A DNA stretch of 58,610 bases. Origin: Gemmatimonadota bacterium (GTDB taxonomy: Bacteria > Gemmatimonadota > Gemmatimonadetes > Gemmatimonadales > Gemmatimonadaceae). The notes beneath the pieces are model-generated. The model was not told the DNA's origin. It was given only the letters and a program-made list of their open reading frames with translations, and ran no database searches. Numbering within the stretch: the stretch's first letter is position 1; each line of letters begins with the position of its first letter. Below are positions 41,278 through 50,885 of the stretch, piece after piece. Made by a program: the position numbers and the translations under genes. The DNA lies in the NCBI GenBank assembly GCA_031372565.1, contig JANMLN010000181.1:1-58610 (forward strand), given 5' to 3'.

Positions 41278-41706
41278 ATGCCCGCGCTTCGCCACACCCT
41301 CTCGCTGTCGACGACGCGCCCGATCGAGATCGTCGACCTCACGCCGCAGGTCCGCGCCTGGGTCCGCGCCAGCGGCGTGCCCGACGGGATGCTCACCGTC
41401 ATGTCACCGCACACGACCGCACGCATCACGCTCAACGAGCGCGAACGTGCGCTGCAAGCCGACATGGTGCGCTTTCTCGAGCAGTTCGCCCCCGCCGAGG
41501 CGGCGTACGGCCACAATGCCGCGCCAGTCGACGATCGGTTGAATGCCCACGCACATCTGCTTGGCCTGTTCATCAATGCGTCGGAGTCGATCCCCGTGGT
41601 GGACGGCGACCTGGTCATCGGCGCGTGGCAGTCGCTCTTCTTCGTGGAACTGGATGGGCCGCGCGCCGAGCGACAGGTGATGCTTCACCTGATGCGCGGG
41701 ACCTGA
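41278..41706 (+). CDS. yjbQ: YjbQ/UPF0047 family protein (annotated as secondary thiamine-phosphate synthase)
   Basis: [34 protein letters not shown]. Confidence 0.9.
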   Translation: MPALRHTLSLSTTRPIEIVDLTPQVRAWVRASGVPDGMLTVMSPHTTARITLNERERALQADMVRFLEQFAPAEAAYGHNAAPVDDRLNAHAHLLGLFINASESIPVVDGDLVIGAWQSLFFVELDGPRAERQVMLHLMRGT

Positions 41707-41710
41707 TGTC

Positions 41711-42940
41711 GTGACCCCCGACGACATCTCGGCCTTCTTCGCCGATCGGAGCGCGCTCGATCCGGAGGACTACCTCGAACTTGAGTTCACATTCGAGTGC
41801 GCCGGCGATCCACGCGCGGCTGCGGCCCACTTGGCGAGCGAGCAGTCCACCGCCCAATGGAAACGGGTGGGCGTCGATGAAGACTTCCGCCCGCGCTTCG
41901 CGGCCCGCGTCATCGCGCTCGAGTCCTCATCGTTGCCGCACGGCTTCTCCGTGCCGCTCGAGGTGGTCCCGCCGGGTCCGGTGCATCGATGCCGCGCGAC
42001 CATTGCACATCCGCACGCCAACTTCGGACCCAAGCTGCCTGGCCTCCTGTCGGCCGTGCTGGGTGAAGGGAGCTACTTCGCGCCCGGTATTCCGCTCGTA
42101 CGCCTCGAGGACATCCGCTTCCCGGCGAGCTACCTCGCGCAGTTCGAGGGACCGCAGTTCGGCGTGGCGGGAGTGCGCGAGCAGCTGCAGGCCTTCGACC
42201 GGCCGATCTTCTTCGGCGTGATCAAGCCGAACATCGGTTTGCCCCCGGCACCATTCGCGGAGCTGGGGTACCAGGCGTGGCTGGGTGGTGTCGACGTGGC
42301 CAAGGACGACGAGATGCTCACCGATGTGGCATGGTCACCACTGGCGAAGCGCGCCGAACTGCTGGGCGCGGCGCGTTCCCGCGCCGAGCGCGAGACTGGT
42401 GTCCCCAAGGGCTACCTCGCCAACATCACCGACGAAGTGTACCGGCTCGCGAAGCAGCACGACGTGGCGGTGGCGGCGGGCGCCACGATGGTCATGGTCA
42501 ACGCGCTTCCGGTGGGACTCAGCGGACTGCGGCTGCTGCGGCGTCATGCGCGCGTGCCGGTCGTCTCGCACTTCCCGCTGATTGCGGCGATGAGCCGCGT
42601 GCCGGCTCACGGATGCCACTCGCGCGTCATCACGCGGTTGCAGCGACTGGCCGGTGCGGACGTCATCATCATGCCGGGGTTCGGCGCGCGGATGATGACC
42701 CCCGAACGTGAAGTCCTCGAGAACGTGCGCGCCTGTCTCGAACCGATGGGCCCGCTCAAGCCGAGCCTGCCTGCGCCGGGTGGCTCCGACTCGGCCGAGA
42801 CGCTTGAGGGGGTCTATCGGCGCGTGGGCAGCGCCGACTTCGGCTTCGTGCCCGGGCGCGGCGTGTTTGCGCACGCGGGCGGCCCGACCGCAGGAGCCGC
42901 AAGCATCCGCGAGGCGTGGTCCCGTATCGCGCGCGGGTGA
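41711..42940 (+). CDS. RuBisCO-like protein (form IV, IV-Photo type)
   Basis: [40 protein letters not shown] (carbamylation motif), PGGSDSA, GRGVFAH. From memory, closely resembles the Chlorobaculum tepidum RLP. Confidence 0.92.
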   Translation: MTPDDISAFFADRSALDPEDYLELEFTFECAGDPRAAAAHLASEQSTAQWKRVGVDEDFRPRFAARVIALESSSLPHGFSVPLEVVPPGPVHRCRATIAHPHANFGPKLPGLLSAVLGEGSYFAPGIPLVRLEDIRFPASYLAQFEGPQFGVAGVREQLQAFDRPIFFGVIKPNIGLPPAPFAELGYQAWLGGVDVAKDDEMLTDVAWSPLAKRAELLGAARSRAERETGVPKGYLANITDEVYRLAKQHDVAVAAGATMVMVNALPVGLSGLRLLRRHARVPVVSHFPLIAAMSRVPAHGCHSRVITRLQRLAGADVIIMPGFGARMMTPEREVLENVRACLEPMGPLKPSLPAPGGSDSAETLEGVYRRVGSADFGFVPGRGVFAHAGGPTAGAASIREAWSRIARG

Positions 42941-43104
42941 CAGCACCACTCGGCGACGATTGTCGCGGCGTCGACGGTATCGTCGGCGTTCCCTGCGAAA
43001 CGGCGCACGATCGCATTGAGGTCGTGCCCAAAGGGCGGGACGCGAGTTTGGCGGAGTAGCACAGACGCGCTTGGCGAAAGAGAGCCAGAGGCGCGCGCCA
43101 TCGA

Positions 43105-43195
43105 TGAAAGTAATTATCAACTATGAGTCAGCAAGGATTGACTCAGCCGAAGCGCTGGCATAACCTGCCTTCGCTCTTGTTGATAGCAATTCTCA
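43105..43195 (+). promoter_or_regulatory. Two Fur-box-like sites flanking a TGAGTCA-N8-TGACTCA inverted repeat
   Basis: TGAAAGTAATTATCA (43105-43119) and TGATAGCAATTCTCA (43181-43195) compared with the 7-1-7 consensus TGATAATnATTATCA; AT-rich island before the TonB receptor. Confidence 0.7.
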
Positions 43196-43213
43196 TCTAA
43201 TCTTATCAGCGAA

Positions 43214-45364
43214 ATGTCGTGCTGGCGTTTGATCGTCGTTCTGATGCTTGCCGCGGAAAGCTCCCTGCTCACGCGCCCTCTCTCGGCCCAGTCGTCAGCC
43301 GACTCCAGCGCTCGCGCGAGCGTGCCGAGGCGCGGACAGGCGCTCGATACGCTCCGCATCTCGGGGCGCCAGGAACCCGCGACGCGCGGGTACGCTGCGC
43401 GGCGCTCGCGGACGGCAACCCGCACCGACACGCCGCTTCGTGACGTTCCCCAGGCCGTCGCCATCGTCACGGCGCCGCTGATGCGCGATCAAGCCATGCG
43501 CGGCATGGCTGATGTCGTCCGCTTCATTCCCGGCGTCGGGATGGCGCAGGGCGAGGGCAACCGCGATGCTCCCGTGCTGCGCGGCAATACCTCCACGGGC
43601 GACCTCTTTGTGGATGGCCTCCGTGACGATGTGCAGTATTTCCGCGACCTCTACAACGTCGAGCGTGTGGAGGCGATCAAGGGACCGAATGCGATGATCT
43701 TCGGGCGCGGCGGCGCTGGCGGGATCCTCAATCGCGTGACCAAGCAACCGACGTTCGCTGCCGAGCGTGCGCTGGCCATTCAGGGGGGCGCCGTGAACGA
43801 GCGACGCATCACGGGGGACGTCGGCGACGCGATCACGCCATCGATCGGCCTTCGCGTGAGCGCACTGCTCGAACAGGACGACAGCTTTCGTGGCGGCGTC
43901 AGTGCGCGCCGAGAAGGGATCGCGCCCTCGATCGCGTGGCGGGCCGGCGAGCGCACCACATGGCGCGCGAGTCTTGAGCACTTTCGCGACGTTCGGACCG
44001 CGGATCGCGGGCTGCCATCGATCAGCGGTCGCCCGGTCGACCTCGCGCTCTATGGCCGCACCTTCTTCGGCGATCCATCGGCGAGCCGCTCGACCGTGAC
44101 CGCACGACTGGCGACCGCAGGAGTGACGCACCAATGGGCGAGTGGCGCGCGGCTCGACAGCCGACTGCTCGTCGCGGGCTACGACAAGTTCTATCGCAAC
44201 GTGTACGCAGCGGGCGCGGTCGATCCGGCAGCACGCACCCTCCCGATTGGCGCGTATCAGAACGCCACCCTGCGGCAGAACATCTTCTGGCAAACCGACC
44301 TCAGCTGGGCGCGCACGACCGGTCCCGTCGTCCATCGCCTGCTGGCGGGGGTCGAGCTGGGCCGGCAGTCCACCGACAACCTGCGCCTGACGGGGTACTT
44401 CGCGGGCAACACGGCAGCGCTCGCCGTGCCGCTCGCGGCGCCCACAACGAGCGCGCCAATCACCTGGAGGCCGAGCGCCACGGATGCGAACCAGGCAAGC
44501 GTGGCGAACATCGCCGCCGTGTATGTGCAGGATCAACTCGTGCTCACGCCGTGGCTCGAGGCCGTCGCGGGGCTGCGCGTCGACCACTTCCAGCTGGATG
44601 TCGAGAATCGACGCACGAACGCGACGTTCGCGAGCACCAACACGCCGCTCTCACCGCGCATCGGACTGATCGCGAAGCCCGCCGACGCCCTCTCGTTGTA
44701 CGCGAGTTGGTCGACGAGCTTCGTGCCGCGCGGTGGCGACCAACTGAGTTCGCTCACGGTCACCAATCAGGCGCTGGCACCGGAAGAGTTCCGCAACCGC
44801 GAGGTTGGCGCCAAGTGGGATGCGACCGAGCGGCTTGCGCTCACGGCAGCGGTGTACGCACTGGAGCGCGCGAACGTGGTCGTCCCGGATCCGCGCGACC
44901 CGTCGCGCACATGGCTGGCCTCGGCGCAGCGTACCGAGGGAGTGGAACTCGGCATCACTGGCGCGCTGAGCGCGCGGTGGCAGGTGGCGGGTGGCTATGC
45001 GTTCCAGGACGGTCGGTTCACGCAGGCAGTGAGCACCACCGTGAAGGCGGGCGCGCGGCTCGCCAACCTGCCGCGGCACACGCTCACGCTCTGGCAGCGC
45101 GTGGAGCTCTCGCCGTCGGTCGGCGTGGGCCTGGGGGTGCAGAAGCAGTCGGCGATGTACGCCGCCACGGACAATGCGGTGGCGCTCCCCGGCTTCACGC
45201 GCCTTGACGCCGCACTGTTCGTGCGACTCGACCCGACGTGGACCGCGCAGCTCAACGTCGACAACCTGCTGGACGCACAATACGTGGCGTCGGCGCACAA
45301 CAACGACAACCTGATGCCCGCGATGCCGAGGACCGTTCGCGTCGTGCTGCGGGCGTCGCGTTAG
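43214..45364 (+). CDS. TonB-dependent siderophore receptor
   Basis: Signal peptide, TonB-box-like DTLRIS, TATRTDTPLRDVPQAV, ERVEAIKGP, C-terminal NVDNLLD..Y...PRTV. Confidence 0.93.
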   Translation: MSCWRLIVVLMLAAESSLLTRPLSAQSSADSSARASVPRRGQALDTLRISGRQEPATRGYAARRSRTATRTDTPLRDVPQAVAIVTAPLMRDQAMRGMADVVRFIPGVGMAQGEGNRDAPVLRGNTSTGDLFVDGLRDDVQYFRDLYNVERVEAIKGPNAMIFGRGGAGGILNRVTKQPTFAAERALAIQGGAVNERRITGDVGDAITPSIGLRVSALLEQDDSFRGGVSARREGIAPSIAWRAGERTTWRASLEHFRDVRTADRGLPSISGRPVDLALYGRTFFGDPSASRSTVTARLATAGVTHQWASGARLDSRLLVAGYDKFYRNVYAAGAVDPAARTLPIGAYQNATLRQNIFWQTDLSWARTTGPVVHRLLAGVELGRQSTDNLRLTGYFAGNTAALAVPLAAPTTSAPITWRPSATDANQASVANIAAVYVQDQLVLTPWLEAVAGLRVDHFQLDVENRRTNATFASTNTPLSPRIGLIAKPADALSLYASWSTSFVPRGGDQLSSLTVTNQALAPEEFRNREVGAKWDATERLALTAAVYALERANVVVPDPRDPSRTWLASAQRTEGVELGITGALSARWQVAGGYAFQDGRFTQAVSTTVKAGARLANLPRHTLTLWQRVELSPSVGVGLGVQKQSAMYAATDNAVALPGFTRLDAALFVRLDPTWTAQLNVDNLLDAQYVASAHNNDNLMPAMPRTVRVVLRASR

Positions 45365-45370
45365 GCCCAG

Positions 45371-46597
45371 CTACGGCGTGACGCGCCAGATCTCACCGGC
45401 GTCGGTGACGACCCAGAGTCGTGCATCCGGCCCGAGCACGAGCGAACGGAAGCGCGTCGGCGGGAACCCCATGTTCGTGGTGCGCACGGTCGCGCCCAGC
45501 GCGTCGAGCTCGAGCAACTCGACGCGCTGGCCTCCCATCATCCCGATGGCGAGTCGGCCATTCCACCCCTTCCATGACGCGCCGCTCAGGAAGACGGCCG
45601 GCCCCATCCCCTGCGAACTCCCGTTGTTGGTCCACGCCGGGCGCATGGCCGATGGGAAACGTGCGAGGTCGGTCATCGGCATGGTCATCGGATTGCCCGC
45701 GTAGCCGCAGTAGCCATCGGGGCAGGTGAGGCCGGGACGCAGTTGCGGGTCCCAACCGCCATTGCCGCCATTGAGCAGCGGCGTCACCTCGTCACTGTGG
45801 TTCGGGCCATGCTCGGCCACGAATGCCTGCCCACTGCCCGGCCGGAACGTGATGCCCTGCACGTTGCGATGCCCATACGTGTAGATGCGTCGATCGAAGC
45901 CCACCGGGGCCGCATTGCCCGGCGCGGCGGCGCCATCACGATCCACGCGCAGCACCTTGCCGCCCAACCGCACCGGATCCTGCGGCAGCGTGGCGTCGTG
46001 ATTGTCGCCCGTGCTGACCCACAGAAAGCCGTCGGGGCCGAAGCGCAGGCGACCGCCGCTGTGCGCGCCGGAGCCCCCGGCCCCGTTGGCTCCCTGCTTG
46101 TACGCCATGTCGGTGATGATGTCGGTGCGCGCGCTCACCGTGGTGTAGCCCGCATCCACGACGAGCCGCACGACACGGTTGGTGCGCGTGGCGCCGCTCA
46201 GCGTGGACGGCATGAACAGGTAGAGTGTACGATTCGTCGCGAAGTCCGGATCGAGCGCGATGCCGTTCATCCCGCTCTGTCCATCGCAAAAGAAGTCGCT
46301 CGCAACGACCGCTGATCCCGCGGCGCCGAAGAGTCGGCTGATGCTGCCGTTGGCACGTCGCACGGAGAGCCCTCGGCACTTCTCCGTGAAGAGCAGCGCG
46401 CTGTCCGGCGTGGGCGCGATGTCCCACGGCGACGAGAGGCCCGTGGCCACGATGCTGAGCGTCGGCGTCGGGGTGCTCGTGTCGGCGAGCGTTGGCGGGG
46501 GCCCCGTCCGGTCATCTGCGCTGGTGCTGCCACTGCACCCGACGGCGAGGCCAACCGCGGTGCTCAACAGGGACATCCACATCCGAAGTCGATACAT
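45371..46597 (-). CDS. PQQ-dependent sugar dehydrogenase (GSDH family) lipoprotein
   Basis: Lipobox LAVGC; GLSSPW, HSGGRLRFGPDG, GKVLRV, YGHRNVQG. Start approximate. Confidence 0.85.
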   Translation of the reverse strand: MYRLRMWMSLLSTAVGLAVGCSGSTSADDRTGPPPTLADTSTPTPTLSIVATGLSSPWDIAPTPDSALLFTEKCRGLSVRRANGSISRLFGAAGSAVVASDFFCDGQSGMNGIALDPDFATNRTLYLFMPSTLSGATRTNRVVRLVVDAGYTTVSARTDIITDMAYKQGANGAGGSGAHSGGRLRFGPDGFLWVSTGDNHDATLPQDPVRLGGKVLRVDRDGAAAPGNAAPVGFDRRIYTYGHRNVQGITFRPGSGQAFVAEHGPNHSDEVTPLLNGGNGGWDPQLRPGLTCPDGYCGYAGNPMTMPMTDLARFPSAMRPAWTNNGSSQGMGPAVFLSGASWKGWNGRLAIGMMGGQRVELLELDALGATVRTTNMGFPPTRFRSLVLGPDARLWVVTDAGEIWRVTP

Positions 46598-46795
46598 CGG
46601 CCAGACCCTTTCTTGGAGGTTCGCGGTGCAGAGGACGTGCAAAGCTAGATGCGATCGCCCGCGCAGTGGAAGGGAGTCCCTGTCACGCAGACGGCGGCGC
46701 TTCACACCTCGCGTGCGAACGGCATCCACCATATTTCCACATGGGCCGCGGTCACGACGCCGCGCGCACGCCAGCGCGATCCTCACGCATCGATC

Positions 46796-47368
46796 ATGGC
46801 CGATTCCCACCTTCGCGTGTCCGTACTTCGACGACAGCCGGTGCTCGCGCTGCTGCCGATCCCGATCGCGCTGCTCGCACTGGCGCTGACCTTCCTGGTG
46901 GCCGGTACGGACACGCCCCGTCAGATCGCGCCGGGCAGCAGTCTCGCCGGAACCGGGCTGCTGGTGACTGTGGTGATCGCCGCGACCCTCACCCTCCTCG
47001 TGCGTGCTGCTGGTGCCGACGGCCAGATGCAGAAGCTCGGCATGGTGCTCACGCTGCTGACCTCGCTCATCGCCTGGCCCATGTGGACGATGGGCGCACT
47101 GCCCTCGCTCAACGGCGTGCGTCTCGCGCCGACCGCCACGGCGGCCATGACCCTCGAACGGCTCGAGACCAGTCATGCGAGCAAGAGCCGCACGATCTAC
47201 CACTGGGCGTACCTCACGACCACGGACGCTTCGACTCCGGTACGCAGCGGTCGCTACTTCGTGAGCGATGGGGCGTATGCTCGCTGGTCGGCCGACGGCA
47301 CCCGGACCGTGCAGCTCACCTACGCACGTGGCCTGCTGGGCGCCCAGGTCGTGCTCGGCATCCGGTAG
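46796..47368 (+). CDS. Hypothetical membrane protein
   Basis: Three hydrophobic segments followed by a soluble C-terminal region ending YARGLLGAQVV. Confidence 0.6.
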   Translation: MADSHLRVSVLRRQPVLALLPIPIALLALALTFLVAGTDTPRQIAPGSSLAGTGLLVTVVIAATLTLLVRAAGADGQMQKLGMVLTLLTSLIAWPMWTMGALPSLNGVRLAPTATAAMTLERLETSHASKSRTIYHWAYLTTTDASTPVRSGRYFVSDGAYARWSADGTRTVQLTYARGLLGAQVVLGIR

Positions 47369-47416
47369 CGCGCACCGCGTGCGCTCGTGGGACGAGACGC
47401 GTTGCCCCGTGCCGAC

Positions 47417-49132
47417 TCAGGGAAACAGCGGCGGCGCGATCCGTTTCCTGGTCGCCTGCTCGAACGCATACGCGACGCCGATCAGCGTCGGCTCCGCACA
47501 GGCCATGCCCGTGAAGGTGACGTTGAACGGCGCGGGACGCGGCGTGAACCCCGGCGGAAAGGCAGTCGGCCCCTCGCCCTGCGCCACCGGGATGAACGCA
47601 TACGGCACGGTCACGCTCGGGTAGCCCGGACGTGCGGCGATGTCATCACTGGACACGCCGGGAAAGAGCAGCGCATCGAGTGTATGGGCCTTCATCGCGG
47701 CGTCGATCCCGTTGGTGCCTGCGAGCAGGATGTCCTTGCGACGGTCGGCCTCGTAGCGCACCCGATCGGCCTGCACGTCCATCTCATCGGAGACATCGAG
47801 CAACGCCTGGCCGTACTTGATCGCGCCAGCGCGCTGGTGCGTGATGTTCCACTGGCGCAGCGCCGTGAGCGTGGCGACCGGCGCCTTGTCGCCGAGCGCC
47901 TTGAGCCACGCGTTGAAGTCGCGCTTCATGCCGTACTTGAGCACGATGCTGCAGTCCGCGTCGCGCCCCTTGGCCTGCTCGAGGCCACTGCACGGGTTCC
48001 ACGCGAGGTAGCTGTTCTCGCGTGCCGTGTCGAGCACGCTCGGGATGTTGGCCGGATCGACGATCACCGCGCCCTGTGCCTTGAGCACCGCAATCACCGA
48101 GTCCATAGCGGCCTTCCGCGCGGGATTGAGCCCCCCGCGAAAGCCGCGGCCCGCGCCGGGGAGCGCGTCGTAGAAGTACGCCCTCGGAATGCCGATGCGC
48201 GCGCCCTTGAGCTTGGTCGCATCGAGAAAGGCGGTGTAGTCGCGCGCCGGCGGCGGCGGGCAGGCCTTCGTGGCCGCGTCGTTCGGATCGGGAGTGGCAC
48301 TCTCCATGGCACCGAGCAGGATGGCGGCGTCGCGCACGGTGCGCGTCATCGGGCCGGGGGTATCCTGATCGGCGGTGATCGGGATGACGCCATGGCGGCT
48401 CACCCGCCCGACCGTGGGCTTGATGCCGACGAGAAAGTTGGCCTGCGCGGGACTGAGGATCGACCCTGACGTTTCGGTGCCGATATTGCCCGCCCAGAAG
48501 CTGACGTTGGTGCCCGTGCCGCTGCTCGAGCCTCCGGGCGAGAGCACGGGCCGACCGTCGAACCGGCTCTCGCGCGGATCGCGTCGCGGATCCCACGGAT
48601 TCATGCCGTAGCCGTTGAGGCCGTTGTAGTTGCCGGGCATCCCACTCGCGGTCCAGTTGGCGAGCTCGGTGAGCTGTGTCTTGGCGATGATGATGGCACC
48701 CGCCGACTTGAGCTGCCGCGTAAGCGTTGCATCGAAGGGGGGCATCAGATCGGCGAAGGCGAGTGCGCCGCCGCTCGTGGCCATCTCGACCGTCTGGATA
48801 TTGTCCTTGAGCGCAATCGGAATGCCGTGCAGCGGCCCGAGGATCGTGCCGGCCGCGCGCAGCTTGTCGAGCGAGTCGGCAATCGCGAGCGCGTTCGGGT
48901 TGGCCGTGATGACGGCGTGCAGCTTGGCATCGTAGGTGCCGATGCGCTCGAGATACTGTCGCACGAGTTCACGCGAGGTCACACGCTTCTGCTCGAGCGC
49001 CGTGCGGAGGTCGGCGAGACTCGTTTCGACGACGCTGACCGGCGGCGCGGGCTTTCGGCCCTGTGCAGCTCCGGGAGCGGGTGCGACGAGGACGAGGGCG
49101 ACCAGAGCGAAGCGCGGACGGCGGAGGCGCAT
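47417..49132 (-). CDS. Secreted amidase-signature family protein
   Basis: GPLHGIPIALKDN, GGSSSG, GTETSGSI (Ser-cisSer-Lys triad); signal peptide. Confidence 0.92.
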   Translation of the reverse strand: MRLRRPRFALVALVLVAPAPGAAQGRKPAPPVSVVETSLADLRTALEQKRVTSRELVRQYLERIGTYDAKLHAVITANPNALAIADSLDKLRAAGTILGPLHGIPIALKDNIQTVEMATSGGALAFADLMPPFDATLTRQLKSAGAIIIAKTQLTELANWTASGMPGNYNGLNGYGMNPWDPRRDPRESRFDGRPVLSPGGSSSGTGTNVSFWAGNIGTETSGSILSPAQANFLVGIKPTVGRVSRHGVIPITADQDTPGPMTRTVRDAAILLGAMESATPDPNDAATKACPPPPARDYTAFLDATKLKGARIGIPRAYFYDALPGAGRGFRGGLNPARKAAMDSVIAVLKAQGAVIVDPANIPSVLDTARENSYLAWNPCSGLEQAKGRDADCSIVLKYGMKRDFNAWLKALGDKAPVATLTALRQWNITHQRAGAIKYGQALLDVSDEMDVQADRVRYEADRRKDILLAGTNGIDAAMKAHTLDALLFPGVSSDDIAARPGYPSVTVPYAFIPVAQGEGPTAFPPGFTPRPAPFNVTFTGMACAEPTLIGVAYAFEQATRKRIAPPLFP

Positions 49133-49322
49133 GACGGAACCGGTAACGTGAAGGGGCTGCGAGGCGTTCCACAAAGTGTGGCGCGTCGCGTCGGCTGTCC
49201 ATCGACGCGGTCACGCGCGTGGAGCGGCGACGAGGCGTCCCGCACGCCTCTCTCGCTTGACGCCCGTTGCGGACGACGCGACCATTGGTGTGTCGTCGTC
49301 CACCCCCTTGCAACCGGTCCGC

Positions 49323-50801
49323 ATGCGCACCCTGCTGTTTGCCGTTCACCGCGTGCGCATGAGCGCACCCCTCGCCACGCTCGCGCTGTCGCTTGCGGCG
49401 CTGGTCATTCCGGGCACGAGCCACGCGCAGACTGGCGGGATCGCATCGGATCCCGACGTGCTCGCAGCGGAGCGTCTCTTCTCGGCGTGGATGGACGGGC
49501 AGCTCGCATATCGCGGCCTGCCTGGCGTTGCGGTGGGCGTCGTGCACGACCAGCAGCTCGTCTGGTCCACGGGCTTCGGCTTCGCCAACGTGGCGGCCAA
49601 GGTGCCAATGACGCCGCAGACCAAGTTCCGCATGGCATCGCACAGCAAGCTGTTCACCGCCATTGCGATCATGCAGCTCCGCGAAGAGGGCAAGCTGCGC
49701 CTCGACGATCCGGTCGTGCGCTATCTGCCATGGTTCTCGGCCAAGCCTGCGGGCGAGGACGATGGCCCGATCACGGTTGAACAGCTGCTCTCCCATAGTT
49801 CCGGGCTCCAGCGCGAGGCCGGCGACCACTGGCGTTCGTACCAGTTTCCAACAGAGGACGAGATTCGCCGACTCTACGCGGATCGAGAGGCCGCCTTTCC
49901 TCCGTCCGTGCGCTGGAAGTACTCGAACCTCGCGTACACGGTGGCAGGACTGCTGATCGAACAGGTGAGCGGCGAGCGGTGGGCCGACTATGTCCAGCGT
50001 CACATCTACCAGCCGCTCGGCATGACGTCGTCGAGCGTGGACAAGAACGAAGCGGGGCTGACGGTGGCGTACGCGCGCCGGATGCCCGACGGCTCGCGCG
50101 CCATCCTTCCCTTCGTCGACTCGAAGGGGATGGCGGCCGCCACGGGCATCACGTCGAACGTCGAGGACATGGCGAAGTTCGTGTCGGCCAACTTCCGTCG
50201 CGGCATGCGCGGGGGCGCGCAGATCGTGAGCAGCGGATCGTGGCGCGAGCTGCACCGCACACGCTCGGTCGACGAGAACTGGACGACGGGCTCGGGACTC
50301 GGCTTCGACGTGCAGCGCGTGAACAACCGCACGTACGTGGGACATGGCGGTGGCTACCCTGGCAACACGACGTTCACCTCGCTTCAACTCGACGACAAGG
50401 TCGGGGTGATCGTGCTGACGAACACCAACGACTCGAACGTCGGCGAGTTGGCGCGACAGTTGATGGCCACGGTCGGCACGGCCGTCGCGAAGGCGGGACG
50501 GGCGAAGTCGGTGGTTGTTGCCTGGGACCCGGCGTGGGCGCGCTTTGCCGGTCTCTATCGTGGCACGTGGGGTGATCAGCAGGTGGTGCTGCTCAATCAG
50601 CGGCTGGTGCTGATCACGCCAAACGCGGCAGCGGTGGACACGTCGGTGTCGCTGCAGGCGCTGGGCGGCGGGCGGTTCCGCTTCATGGCGCCGACGGGCG
50701 GCGGCGAAGTGGGCGAGGTGGTGCGCTTCGTCGAAGAGCCGGGGAAGCCGATGCGGATGTACGTGGGCGACAACTGGATCGACAGGGTACGGACGCCCTG
50801 A
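49323..50801 (+). CDS. Serine hydrolase (class C beta-lactamase-like)
   Basis: ASHSK (SxxK), YSN, HGGG, LLSHSSG; signal peptide. Start approximate. Confidence 0.88.
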   Translation: MRTLLFAVHRVRMSAPLATLALSLAALVIPGTSHAQTGGIASDPDVLAAERLFSAWMDGQLAYRGLPGVAVGVVHDQQLVWSTGFGFANVAAKVPMTPQTKFRMASHSKLFTAIAIMQLREEGKLRLDDPVVRYLPWFSAKPAGEDDGPITVEQLLSHSSGLQREAGDHWRSYQFPTEDEIRRLYADREAAFPPSVRWKYSNLAYTVAGLLIEQVSGERWADYVQRHIYQPLGMTSSSVDKNEAGLTVAYARRMPDGSRAILPFVDSKGMAAATGITSNVEDMAKFVSANFRRGMRGGAQIVSSGSWRELHRTRSVDENWTTGSGLGFDVQRVNNRTYVGHGGGYPGNTTFTSLQLDDKVGVIVLTNTNDSNVGELARQLMATVGTAVAKAGRAKSVVVAWDPAWARFAGLYRGTWGDQQVVLLNQRLVLITPNAAAVDTSVSLQALGGGRFRFMAPTGGGEVGEVVRFVEEPGKPMRMYVGDNWIDRVRTP

Positions 50802-50885
50802 GCGAGGGGGCGTGAGGTGCCGACCCGTGGCATGCGTCGCGACGCGCCCTGACACGCCCGCATCCGTCTGACTGGGAGCGCGCGC

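Noticed and set aside
41711..42940. True RuBisCO / Calvin cycle
   Set aside because: The motif is AKDDE rather than the form I/II GLDFxKDDE context, the sequence matches form IV, and there is no small subunit or phosphoribulokinase gene.
49323..50801. Antibiotic-resistance beta-lactamase
   Set aside because: SxxK/YSN/HGG motifs are shared across the broad serine-hydrolase family; nothing points specifically to AmpC.
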